DNA of 64,000 nucleotides from Novakomyces olei. Lineage: Eukaryota. The notes below the pieces were generated by a model. The model was not told the DNA's origin and did not search any database. It saw only the letters and a list, made by a program, of their open reading frames with translations. Positions within the stretch are counted from its first letter, which is position 1. Each line of letters opens with the position of its first letter. The translations under genes and the position numbers were made by a program. Below are positions 13,859 through 27,043 of this stretch, in pieces. The stretch covers positions 992,001-1,056,000 of the forward strand of contig JADEYG010000012.1 in assembly GCA_016906335.1 (NCBI GenBank), written 5' to 3'.

Positions 13859-15302
13859 ATGGATCGCTCTACGGAAAGTCCTATGGATTTTCAATTTGAC
13901 GATCCCATGCGCCTCGATCCAAACTCGCCATTTGCATTTGCTGCAATGAGCCGGAGTACAAGCACTTCAAGTCGGCCTATAAGCGCTCTTAACACTTCAA
14001 GCGCTGCCTCTGATCTTCATCGCAAACGTAAGTTTACTCGGGATCATTTACGAAAAGAAAAAGCAAGAATAACAATAAAAAACAATAAAAAAACAATTTT
14101 AAAAAAAAAAACAAACATTTAAAGTTCCGACCTCTAATCCAAGCAGGTCCTTTTGAACAATCATCGACGAGTTCTAATGGAGGAGGGTTTGGTCTGCGAA
14201 GTACTAAAGACCCAAGTCCGTTTCTTTTTTCAACGCCCTCGACTGCTCGCACTTTTACACAATCACAAGAAGAAACTCCAGCATCGGCTGAAGCTGATCG
14301 GTTTGCAGATACAGAAGATACCCCGCAGGATGCTATGGCTAGCCGACTGTCTCGTTTTGATATTGGGAAAAATGCGGCGGCAGATGGAGCTTTACGCAGA
14401 GTCAAACGGAAACGCGATAGAACGCGAGAGCGCTCTTTCTGGCGCCCAAAGGCTGTTGGAGCCGCCGAAGAAGAGGATGAAGACGATGCTTATGGCGAGG
14501 TAGGGGTTGATTGTTTTGCTGGCACACACTTAAATACTATTCAAACTATAATTGTTTTTATTTCCCTCAATATTTAAATGATATGGCGTGTATCCGTCCA
14601 ACACTTTTTCAATCTATCTGATCATTTTTCTAACTATAGAACACATTGAGTCTACAAACTTCATCGAGCTGGCGCGACAAACACAAGGATATACCGTTTA
14701 TAGCATCCTCTTATTTGCAGCTATTATGCAACCTCGTGCTACTGCTCATCATTTTTTACCTTTTATTTGCATTTGTTTCGACGATACAAAGGGACGTGGA
14801 TCAAAAAGTAGAAGAGTACTCGGCCGAAATATTGCAAGAAATGGCCGTATGCAGCAAAGAGTACCTCGATAATCGCTGTGATCCGACGCAGCGTGTTCCG
14901 GCCATGGAAAAAGCTTGCTTGGCCTGGGAAAAATGTATGAACCGAGATCCCACCGTTGTTGGCCGGGCACGCGTCTCTGCCGAAACTTTTGCAGAAATTA
15001 TTAATTCTTTTATTGAGCCAATCTCATACAAGACGATGGTTTTTTGCCTGCTTCTTGTTTTCGGGTCTCTGCTTTTCTCGAATTTTGCCTTTGGATTTCT
15101 TCGTGCTAAAGCCATCGATCGTCCTCATCCTGTAATGGCAGCTGCTGTTCCCTCGATGATGCAAGGCAATCCATCATGGTCAACCGGGCACATTGGCGGC
15201 AGGCAGCCTTCTTATTCAGAAATGCCGATACAAGGACGATCGTTGCATCGCTCAAGCAGTGCTTCAAGACGGCTTCCATGGCATCATCGTGCAGGGTACT
15301 AA
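13859..15302 (+). CDS. BRL1: Nuclear envelope protein Brl1/Brr6. Exons 13859-14027, 14147-14499, 14640-15302
   Basis: N-terminal ESPMDF motif. Two TM segments flank a luminal four-Cys domain (CSKEYLDNRC...RVPAMEKACLAWEKCMNRDP...AETFAEIINSFIEPISYK). Confidence 0.92.
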
Positions 15303-16099
15303 AATGATAAAGTATTTAAATGATAAAATATTTATATGATAAAAACCTTTGTCTCGCGTGAACCGGGAAAGCCTTTTCTTCTTGATTTTGTTCTGTTTGT
15401 TTTACAATTATTTTTCTGTACAAATTAGGTGGTTAAAAGTTTGTAGATCTTTTTCGTTGGTCGTGCGCATACATATCATCTATCAGTATATATATCATTT
15501 ATTGGTGAAATACTAAAGCATGAAAATCTACAACTTCAGCAAAATCGAAAAGAATGTAAAGAGTTTGATTGGGATCCGCTATTAGTAGGACGTACAACGT
15601 TCAAATCTCCGTCCGTTCCTTACGCTTTTGTTATTTATGGTTTATAGAAACTTGAGGGTAATTTGGAAAACAAGTAATAATAAAAAGTGGATTGATAAAA
15701 TGGCGTAAATTGAATAAGACATAAATTACCCGTGCTACAATAATGACTAATGAACTCAAAAATAGTCGGTAATTGAGGATCGTGCAAAAATGAACAGAGA
15801 CCACTTGAGCGTTTAACAATAACAAATATGAAGAAAATATGGAAATAAGACGTAATAGACAAGCTAGTCAATATTATTAATAATAAATAGATGAATAAGT
15901 GAATAATAAATAAGCATATTAATAAATAAAAAAAATAAATGAATAAATGAATAAATAAATAAAACTAAATTAATAAACCACAATTAACATCCCGGCCATT
16001 TTAATTTTTAACTCAACATCAAGATCGTCAAATGAAAGATAAAAACATAAAATCAACGCTCAGAGAGCATTTCAATATTGCCGTTACAGAACGAGATCA

Positions 16100-18351
<2,252 letters not shown>

Positions 18352-18852
18352 GGACACGTAACTCGCGCGCTTGCGTCGCAGCCTCCAACGTGATCCCAAT
18401 TCGTTTTCTTCCTACAAGTGGGCTGTGCGTATAGCGTTACTTACGTGAGCCTTGACAAGTCTGAAGGGTATTTCTTTTTCACCCGTCATGTTGTGTTGGT
18501 ATTTTATGCGTATTTTATACGTATTTATTGTGTACTTTATATGTATTTATGTATTTTATACTTATTATACGTATTTTATATGTATTTTACACCTGCCAAA
18601 GTTTCTGCGGGATTCGTACTACTTAAATAGGGTAGTAATTGTTTATTTCAATTTTGACAGACGCATTTGGCGGAAATGGGCTTTGTCAATAAACGCTGTC
18701 CCTTCACGTTACACACTGGGAAGCGAGTACGATAAAGTTGTGTTCCTACATTATATACAGTAGCACAATGTTTACAATGGTCATTGCTTTTCTAGATTAC
18801 CTACTTTATTTATTATCAGTATTAGCATTAGTATTCCGACAATAACCCTATT

Positions 18853-21852
18853 CTAAACACTAGCAAAGACTTGTTCCTGGTGCTTGTCAAGGGCCAATAG
18901 CATTTTCAACGGCGGTAAAAGCAGCTGCCTTCGTTCTTTTGGACTCGATAAAAACTGAACAATCACGTTTTTTACATATTCCCTGTCAAGAACACGAGGC
19001 GGTGACTGCGATCGCCTTACACTTTCTTGCTCGCGCGCTCTTTCGAAACTTGATCGCGATGAGGTCTGAGATGACATTCTTCTGTGCCTTTCACGTTCTT
19101 CGACCGCCGCTTTGAATTGCTTTGAATTAGTGACTAATCAAAAAAAAAAAAAAAAAAAAACAAACAAACAAACAAACAAACAAACAAACAGGGAATATAA
19201 CGAAAAGATAAATGACAAGCGAATATCGAAAACAGCCTCCACAAGGACAGAAACTTTAAAACAAATGAAACTGGAAAGGCCTTTAGCATCCTACCTGCAA
19301 AGATCGCTGAAGTCGCGCATTCTCCTCTTCAAGAGAAAGCTTTTTTGCCAATATGTCTTGCTGCTCTGATTCTGTGGTTTTAAGCTGGGCCTGTGCGGCA
19401 GTCTATTGGTCATTAGCATTAATTAAAAGGACATGGGATGCATAAAACAAGTCCAATTGAACATTTAAAAATAAATAATAAACATCAAAAATTAACGCAC
19501 CAAAGTCTCGGAAAGAGAACTCAAAGCCTCGCCAACTTCCCGTTCCTGCTGCCGACTATTTTCAGCGTCTGCCTTTGCGTAAACAAGCTCCTGCTTCAAA
19601 CGAGCCAATTCTCTCGTTTGCTGCTCTTCTGCGGACAAAAGTGCGTTATACTGATTTTGAGCCGTTGTTAATTCATTTTTTACTTGTTGAATTTCTCGTT
19701 CCCGCTGCCGCGTGACCAGTTCATACTGGTCTGAAAGCCTTTCGTTTTCAGCCGTTAATTTTCGCATTTCTTCTTTGGAATCCTCGAGAGCCGCGTCGTG
19801 CTCTTGTTGACGCGCTAACTTTTGCCGTAATAATTCTGTTTCTTTAGCGTTTTCTGTCAGTTTTTGTAGCTCTTTAAGCTCTTCCGACAGGGAATCTGCG
19901 CGTTCCCTGGCCTCACGTAGCTGATGAGCCTGTTCAGTGTTTTGCTGTTGCAGAGTTTCCATAAAAGACTCGGCCGATTGCCGTTCAGTCTGTGCTACCT
20001 GTAGTCGGTCTTGCATTTCGGCCAGATTCGACTCCACTTTCTTCTTTTGACTTTCCAGCATCTTGGCTTCTAATCGCAATCGATTGACCTCCCGCTCAAC
20101 TCTGGCAGTATGATCTTGGCAGGATCTAAACTGTGCCGCTGTTTGCTGTAAAGCTTGTTCCGTATCATGTACTTGGCGCTTTAGAAGCATTTCCCTCTCT
20201 TGCGATTTTGATGCGCTCTTTTTCTCCAGCTTTGCTGCCTCTGCTGCGCTCTTCCTCAAACCGTCGATGCGAACTTTTAATTCGGAATTTTCCTGGGCCA
20301 AAGTATCAAGTTTAGACTGCAAGTCGAGCTTGTCCGCTTCTACGGCTTTTAGTGAACTTTCCAAGCTTGCTGTAAAATCTTGGCCAGCTTTCAGTTTGGC
20401 CGTCAAATCTTGAAACTCTGATTCAAGCTGCGCTATCCGTAACGCGTCTGCTGCCAAACGTTTTGCCCCTGCAGCATTCGACTCGTTTAACGTCTCTGCA
20501 TCTTTACTTTCTCGCTTTTGCTCTCCTTCTTTATCACCACTTGCCCTGTCGCTTTCTTGTGCCGCTGCCTTTGCCCGTTCAAGTTCAGCAGTAAGCTCTT
20601 GCCGTTCTACTTTTAGGGACTTTATTTCATCTTTGGCCTCTACAAGTTCATTACCAAGATCGCGTATCATCTCGCGCAAATGCTCTACATCTTCCCCGTT
20701 CTTTTCCAGGTCTTGTAACTTTCTACGGCTCCTCTCGTACTGCTCACTGAGCAGGGAAATGTGGTCTTGTAGCTGTTTAATAGACGCCTGTTCCTGCCGA
20801 TACGTTGTATCACCAGCAGCCGGAGACGGGGCCGCCGATGTGGACTCTGCATCGGCATCTTCAGTCTCCGCTCCGTCTTCCTCCACGAGTTTAGCCGCCT
20901 TTTTCTTTTTCTTTTGCTTTCTCCTCTTTTTCGCGCTCGCACTCAGACTCGCTAGTTCACCAGCAACTTGTCCCACTGCTGTTTCGCAAGATGGCTGGTG
21001 TACAATTTGTGGGGTACTATTAGACTCGACCCCACTTTCCTCCTGCGCATGCTTGACCAGACTGGACTCGGATTGTTCCGTTTCTCTTGCCAGCAAAAGC
21101 TGACTTTGTTCAGACTCTAGCGTTTCAACTGCCCTATCCAGCTCGTCTACCTTCTCCTTCAAGCTAGCGTTTTCCCCTTGTAAAAGGGCATTTTGCTCTC
21201 GTCCAGCCTGGACTGCAAGATCACTATCCACTTTCTCTTGTGCTCTAGCTCTCCGTTCCTCAGCCAGATCGCGCTGAGCCTTTTGAAACTCAGCGACAGC
21301 CAACTCGTTTCCTTTACGCAGATTCTCCAGATATTCTCGGAACCCGGAAAGCTCGGCCACACTTGCCACTGGCGTGTTTTCATGCAGAAATCTATCAAAC
21401 GCAGCCCGTTGCTTATGATCCTCAAGCAGACGACGGTACGCTTGCTGTAACGCGGGATACCGCTTCTCGAACTTTGCCAGCTTTGTCAATTTGCGCCGAA
21501 CGAATTCCGGAGTCAACTCTGTCGCCGGTCTCGGACCATGCAGAGCCGGCTCACTATCGGCGCCACCTTCCTGCCGCTCTGTGGGCAAGATAGGCTCAAC
21601 GTTAGGGTTTTCTTGGGGCTTCTCACGGTGCTCGGCCGTCTTTTCCTGTACCGGTTTCGGCTCTGCTTCCTCCTCGTCTTCACTAACATCTCCATCGTCA
21701 ACGGCAAATTCGGTGGCAGTTTTGAGCCGCGTCGGTGATTGAGGCACATTATCTGCCTCGTCGCCAACGATTGCTCCTGACGATGCCGTCGCGGGACTTC
21801 GACGAGCGTTTGCAATTGACGAGTTTATTTGATCTCGAAATCGGCCAAACAT
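18853..21852 (-). CDS. IMH1: Coiled-coil golgin with C-terminal GRIP domain (Imh1-like). Exons 21852-19501, 19402-19295, 19119-18853
   Basis: Long E/K/Q-rich heptad region. C-terminal DREYVKNVIVQFL...LLPPLKMLL GRIP signature. Phe-containing N-terminus MFGRFR. Confidence 0.8.
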
Positions 21853-22674
21853 AACGCTATTGTGCTCGCCAGAATCGAGTTGCCAATACGACCTGAAAGT
21901 TGATCAAGCAAACTTTTGTTTGAGACTCATACAAATACGGATTTTGGTCAGAGCAATACTCTAAAGGCTATTCATCGCTCGCCATCGGGGCAGAGCGCCG
22001 AGGATTGTACCGACGTGCCGAAGCGACTGCAGTTTAATGTATGAATAATACTGGAATAAAATAATAATGGAATAAATATTAAATATATTCCCCAGTGCGC
22101 TTGTCAAGTCGTAATTTATTATTATAATTTTGTTATTAGTGAACAATATTCAAAACTGTAATATTGACGGCTATAATTAATTAATTAATTAATTATTTTT
22201 TCAAAGTTTCTATTCTTTGTTGACGCTTTAAATTCCTAGTTGATCTTTAAAAGTGTTTACAATTCGAATCTGTTAAAAGGTCATTTATATTATTACATTA
22301 TGCAAAAGCTTGCACGACTCGCCGCACTATCTAGCGGTGGTCGTTCAAACTCAGCCAGTCATCACGGGTCATCATGCTATCACAAAGCAATAGTTTTGGT
22401 AAAACTTGTAGAGGTTTGAAAAAAAAAAAAAAGTAAATAGGTAATAAGCGACAAATAAAGCAGCAACATCAAATTACTGAAATCGTTGATCAACTGGGTG
22501 CTCCAGTGAAAGAAAACCCCTACTGCAGACCAAATCACAATAAAAAGAAAAGAAAATAAAATAAAATAAAAGGAAATAAAAGGAAATAAAATAAAATAAA
22601 ATGAACCAGATATACATAAATGTACAAAGCAAACCACCAAATCAAAGAATGCTCATTGCACAAATCAAACGCAA

Positions 22675-25209
22675 TTACAGAGCCTGGTGGGTACGGCACA
22701 ACACGAACCGCAATACAATCTCATAGCACAGCACATACTGCTGCAAGTTTTGAACCATACTGATCCGGTTACGTCGTAAATCTGCGACTGTACGGAACAC
22801 CAGATCAGCTTCCATTTCATGCTGAGTCCCTGCCGCGGCCGCTTCAGCGGGAGACAGGAACCCGCAAGCATTAAGCGACGGATCCAGAGCTGAAGTCTTA
22901 TTATTATTGTGCAACTGCTGATTGATTTCGGTAAATGGATCAGTCGTACGGTGCAAAGAGTCCATAGGCCACTGCTCGAGCGAAGAAAGAACAGTGTCAA
23001 TCGTACAAAACGTGCCCGTCCGACCACAGCCAGCGGCACAGTGGACTATAAGCGGTCGTGTGCCACGGCCTTTATCAAACTGTGCTCTGATCTTGCCTCC
23101 ATTGGCCGCCTTTGTTTTGTCAGACTTTTCGCCCACAATAAACTGATGCGAGTTTTCCTTGTCACTGGCTTGCAAACTGCCGTCTCCATTCCCCCAAGTT
23201 TCTGCCGGCAGATTAGTCTGCTCCAATCGCTCCTGCTCCCTCTCTTGTACATGAATCAAATCACGCAGTTCCATCAGCGTATCCGGCTCAGTTGGGGCAC
23301 TAAAATCGGGCCAGTCAGCGTACTGAATGTGGACAATTCGGCGCTTGGCTTCACCGTTCCTGCTCAGCTCAAATGAACGCAGCCTGGCACTTTCAGTGCC
23401 GTTGGCTAACGGCACTAGTCGCTCCCCGACTTGCACTAGACTGATGCCCTGTGTGTCCATATTGCGCCAGTAGTTGTGGCACTTTACCTGCCCATTCTCC
23501 ACCTCAACTGTCAGCATCAAAATGACCCTCGCATCCGTCTCCCAAACAACGTTCCAGAAATCTACAATCGTCGACTCCATCGGTCCCTGAGTGCCGATAT
23601 ACTCACGGGCCCCGTACCACGTTCGCAGCCAACTAGCGTTTACATACTCACCACTCTGTAACCGGACCCGTGAATGGTCATAGGGCCATATATTATTGTA
23701 CCTGTTCTTGTCGCCACGTTCAACTGCGGCAGAAATGCTATAGGGGTTCGCATTGGCATTGCCCACGTTTGCATCTGCACTCATAGCATAGTCAGGGTTA
23801 AGGACACGCTTCAGCCTCTGCTGCTCTTCCCTCTCCAGTACCCTATATCTCGTGGCAATTACACGAGGCCCATCCGGGTCAAAGCAGACCCGGCGCAGCC
23901 AGTCGGGGACTCGTTGCTTTTGCTCATAGCAGCAGTTCACGTCTCTCGGCAGTCTGACGGAAAAGTACTTGCCGTCTCCGCCAGCATCAAACTCTGCATT
24001 CTGCCTGATATTACTGAAAAACGGGTCTGATCGGCCCTGTGGCAACTTACACGTAAAGGGACCACCTCCAGTGACAAGTACGCCTTTGCTCGAGTCACTG
24101 AGCACATGTGGCTGCCTTGTCACTGTATCAGACTGCACTTCTGGCTGCATTGTTACATAGTCGTGGCCAGTTGAAGGGGCACAGGTGTCCACTAGACGAG
24201 GCAGGGCAGAGGCTACGGCAACAAAGCCGCCACGGATAATGTACCGCCAACGATTAGCAGCAAATTTCTGGCTCGTCTGCACTAATGCACACGAGGGCTC
24301 TGTCACGGAACGGCTGTCCTGGTCATAAACAATGATTGCCCTTGCGGATTCCCAGAGGGACAGACGCTGCCGCTCAGGGTCACAGGGCAATGACGCAAAT
24401 ATCTTGCTCATTGTGAAAGCCGGCCTTTTAATTAGCGTTGTGGGGACACACAAGTTTACAGAGCCCCGTAGACGGGAGGCAGAGTAGCTCGAGTAGGATC
24501 TGATGTCGATAAAGATAACGCCCTGCTGTGCCAAGTAGTCTATCGGCCGGGTCGAGTAGTCCGGAGCTAATTCGTCGAGCAGCTGTGCCAGCTGAGGGAC
24601 GGATATGGCCTCTGCTGTACTGCCATTGCCATTGCCATTGCCACTGCCATTGCCATTGCTTCTGCTACTCGTGCCACAAAGGGGCACGGGGCCCGTGCCA
24701 CTTGTGTTTTCATTGGCTGTGCTGGACAGAGTGCTGGCAGTAGACGAGTGCAGTGAGGGTAAAACACACTGGTCTGCCACTGGAACAGAGGCAGATTGGG
24801 ATCGGAAAGGCGCACAGGCACCAGAGAACTGTTGAGGCATTTTGAGATTGAAGGAAGAATTAGCTGTGAGGGATTGCCGACGGCTGCTCTGTTTGTCCTG
24901 TTGCTGTTTTTGCCCTTCTTTTTCCAGCGAAAGAGGGTGCGGCTGTTCACACTCTGCTGCCAGTCGTGACTGTGGAGTAAAAGCATTGGCCGAATGGCAG
25001 CGGTAAATGCTGTCCGCCTGCGCCTGATTCTCTCGGCCTTTTACCCGCCCGTACCGATCTTGCTCGGGCTGCGGAGAGGCAGTTGCCCGGGGAGAGGGAG
25101 AAGCTGAAGGCGCGAAAAAGAAGCCTCCGCCAGGCCCGACTGCAGGAGCACCGCTGCGGTCGCGCCTATCTGGCGGCGACGGCATTGCGGCCACTTGGTC
25201 TGGAGGCAT
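22675..25209 (-). CDS. MAPK tyrosine phosphatase with N-terminal rhodanese-like domain (Pyp1/Ptp2-3 type), intronless
   Basis: IDIRSY...GSVNLCVPTTLIKRP (rhodanese), KNRYNNIWPYDHSRV, YVNAS, WPDF loop, VHCAAGCGRTGT P-loop, SMVQNLQQY Q-loop. Confidence 0.93.
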   Translation of the reverse strand: MPPDQVAAMPSPPDRRDRSGAPAVGPGGGFFFAPSASPSPRATASPQPEQDRYGRVKGRENQAQADSIYRCHSANAFTPQSRLAAECEQPHPLSLEKEGQKQQQDKQSSRRQSLTANSSFNLKMPQQFSGACAPFRSQSASVPVADQCVLPSLHSSTASTLSSTANENTSGTGPVPLCGTSSRSNGNGSGNGNGNGSTAEAISVPQLAQLLDELAPDYSTRPIDYLAQQGVIFIDIRSYSSYSASRLRGSVNLCVPTTLIKRPAFTMSKIFASLPCDPERQRLSLWESARAIIVYDQDSRSVTEPSCALVQTSQKFAANRWRYIIRGGFVAVASALPRLVDTCAPSTGHDYVTMQPEVQSDTVTRQPHVLSDSSKGVLVTGGGPFTCKLPQGRSDPFFSNIRQNAEFDAGGDGKYFSVRLPRDVNCCYEQKQRVPDWLRRVCFDPDGPRVIATRYRVLEREEQQRLKRVLNPDYAMSADANVGNANANPYSISAAVERGDKNRYNNIWPYDHSRVRLQSGEYVNASWLRTWYGAREYIGTQGPMESTIVDFWNVVWETDARVILMLTVEVENGQVKCHNYWRNMDTQGISLVQVGERLVPLANGTESARLRSFELSRNGEAKRRIVHIQYADWPDFSAPTEPDTLMELRDLIHVQEREQERLEQTNLPAETWGNGDGSLQASDKENSHQFIVGEKSDKTKAANGGKIRAQFDKGRGTRPLIVHCAAGCGRTGTFCTIDTVLSSLEQWPMDSLHRTTDPFTEINQQLHNNNKTSALDPSLNACGFLSPAEAAAAGTQHEMEADLVFRTVADLRRNRISMVQNLQQYVLCYEIVLRFVLCRTHQAL

Positions 25210-25403
25210 CCAGTCTTGCGGAGAATTGGAGAGGAAAACGTAGGTTTTAAAAGATAAAACTTGCCGCCGAGCAAATAAAATAGAAAAAAATAATTATTAA
25301 TTAATTAATAATTTATTAATAAATAATAAATAATTGAACAGTAGAATACAAGGATAAGAAGGGAACGTCGACGGGCAGCCGGCCTGGTTAAACGGATGTT
25401 TGG

Positions 25404-25497
25404 GACCGAGAAAAGGGAGCTTAGCACTAGTAGTACAAAGAAGCCCTAGTAGTACAGAGAAGCACTTGTACAGAGAGGCACTTGTAGTACAGAGACC
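25404..25497. repeat. Degenerate ~20-bp tandem repeat (GCACT[A/T]GTAGTACAGAGAA) x4
   Basis: Visible imperfect direct repeats upstream of the PTP start codon. Confidence 0.6.
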
Positions 25498-27043
25498 GAT
25501 CCAAGTACCAATCCAAGCAACAAGTACTGATTAAACCTTGTTTTGTTTGTGCGGGTAAGCGTGTAAGACTGGAGTATTACTTTTTTGTAGTCGTACTCTC
25601 CCGGCAGCCTAGTCGCGCTTATTCAGAGGCCCTTTTGCCCAATTTTCTTGACCTCACTTTCTGCCAAACTGCTATCGGTTCTTCACACGTCCTTTCTCTG
25701 TCGATGACTCTTCCGATCTGAACCCGTTGGCAGTCTGTCAGATTCAACGTGGCCGATATGAACGCGTTAGTGCGGGACTCTTGAGCACTCCTTCTTTCAC
25801 GAAAAATTCAAAGCCAAAAGACGAGTCCGAGTAGACTAAGCGTAAGAAAAGAGGGAGCCAAAGACAGCAGAAATGTACTAGCAATCACCGTGCATAAGAG
25901 CACGAGAAAATAGAGGAGCTTTAAAGAAAATCGAGGCGGCTAAAGACGCGTCAGTTTGAGGTGCAGTCAACCAGCCGGTCACTTTGCCGAATAAAAGTGT
26001 AATTTTGCTTGCTGGACTCGCTAAACTAAAGGGATGCTTTTAAATTCGTATGGGCGAATTATGACGAAAGCAATAATAATATACATAGTATATACAAAGA
26101 CAGGAAAGTGGATAAAAGGGGATTTTTGATACATCAAGGAATATGTCGGCTGAGATTAGTAATAGTAGGATTATGAGGTAATAATGTACAAGGATTAAAT
26201 GTATCCAGAAACAATCAATCAATATTGCAATGTATACTAGTTGCGAAAATTGGTGTAAACAGGAGAAGGAGACGGCAGACTGTGAGACATGATTTCTAAG
26301 GAGACACAATTAGACGAATGAGGGACTATGGAACGGCCTTCAGTAGATCGTAAAATTGTCCAACGGGCAGACCAAAAATCGTTGTGTAAATGAATGAGTC
26401 AAACACCAATCCACCCACGTCACGCCCACTGAATCCGGTCTTAAATTTTAGCTGCGAAAACCAGAGCTGATTTGGGTTTTGTAGTATAGCAATATTGGCA
26501 TTTGACTTGGAGTTTATTACAAGACCGATCTGCGTCTGAGAAAAAAGCAAACTTTTATAGCGCAGACACGCCGGCCGTCTCATCATCTAGCTGCTTCCTG
26601 TCTACGTATCGCCAGTTTGTACAAGTGTTTCTGACATACATTAAACCACTCTCTAAAACAGAAGGCAAACATGCGCAAGACGGAATATTTAATTTATTAA
26701 AACAGCGACAAGATTCGTCACACTGAGACATTCATTAAGCAAACGAAATCCCAAAAGGTGGCGAATCTATCATCTACAGAGATGGTAATATCTAATGAAA
26801 ATACCTTTACATTTATTGCACGCAAGCCAAAGACGTAAATGTGCTACTTAATTTATTTGTCAAGTAATAGCACGAAGGGAAAGAGTGACGAGGAGAAAGA
26901 AATATAACTTTTGATATACATAAACAATGATGCACAATTCGTGTTGCGCCGTGGTTGAGCTGTATATTTTTGCTTCCATAGTGTAAAGTATGAAAAAAGT
27001 CAGGTCTTGAACGGCTCAGCTCTGACTGATCAGCTCTGACTGC

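Noticed and set aside
26040-26726. Short ORFs between the PTP and GH36 genes
   Set aside because: No recognisable motifs and the composition is intergenic-like.
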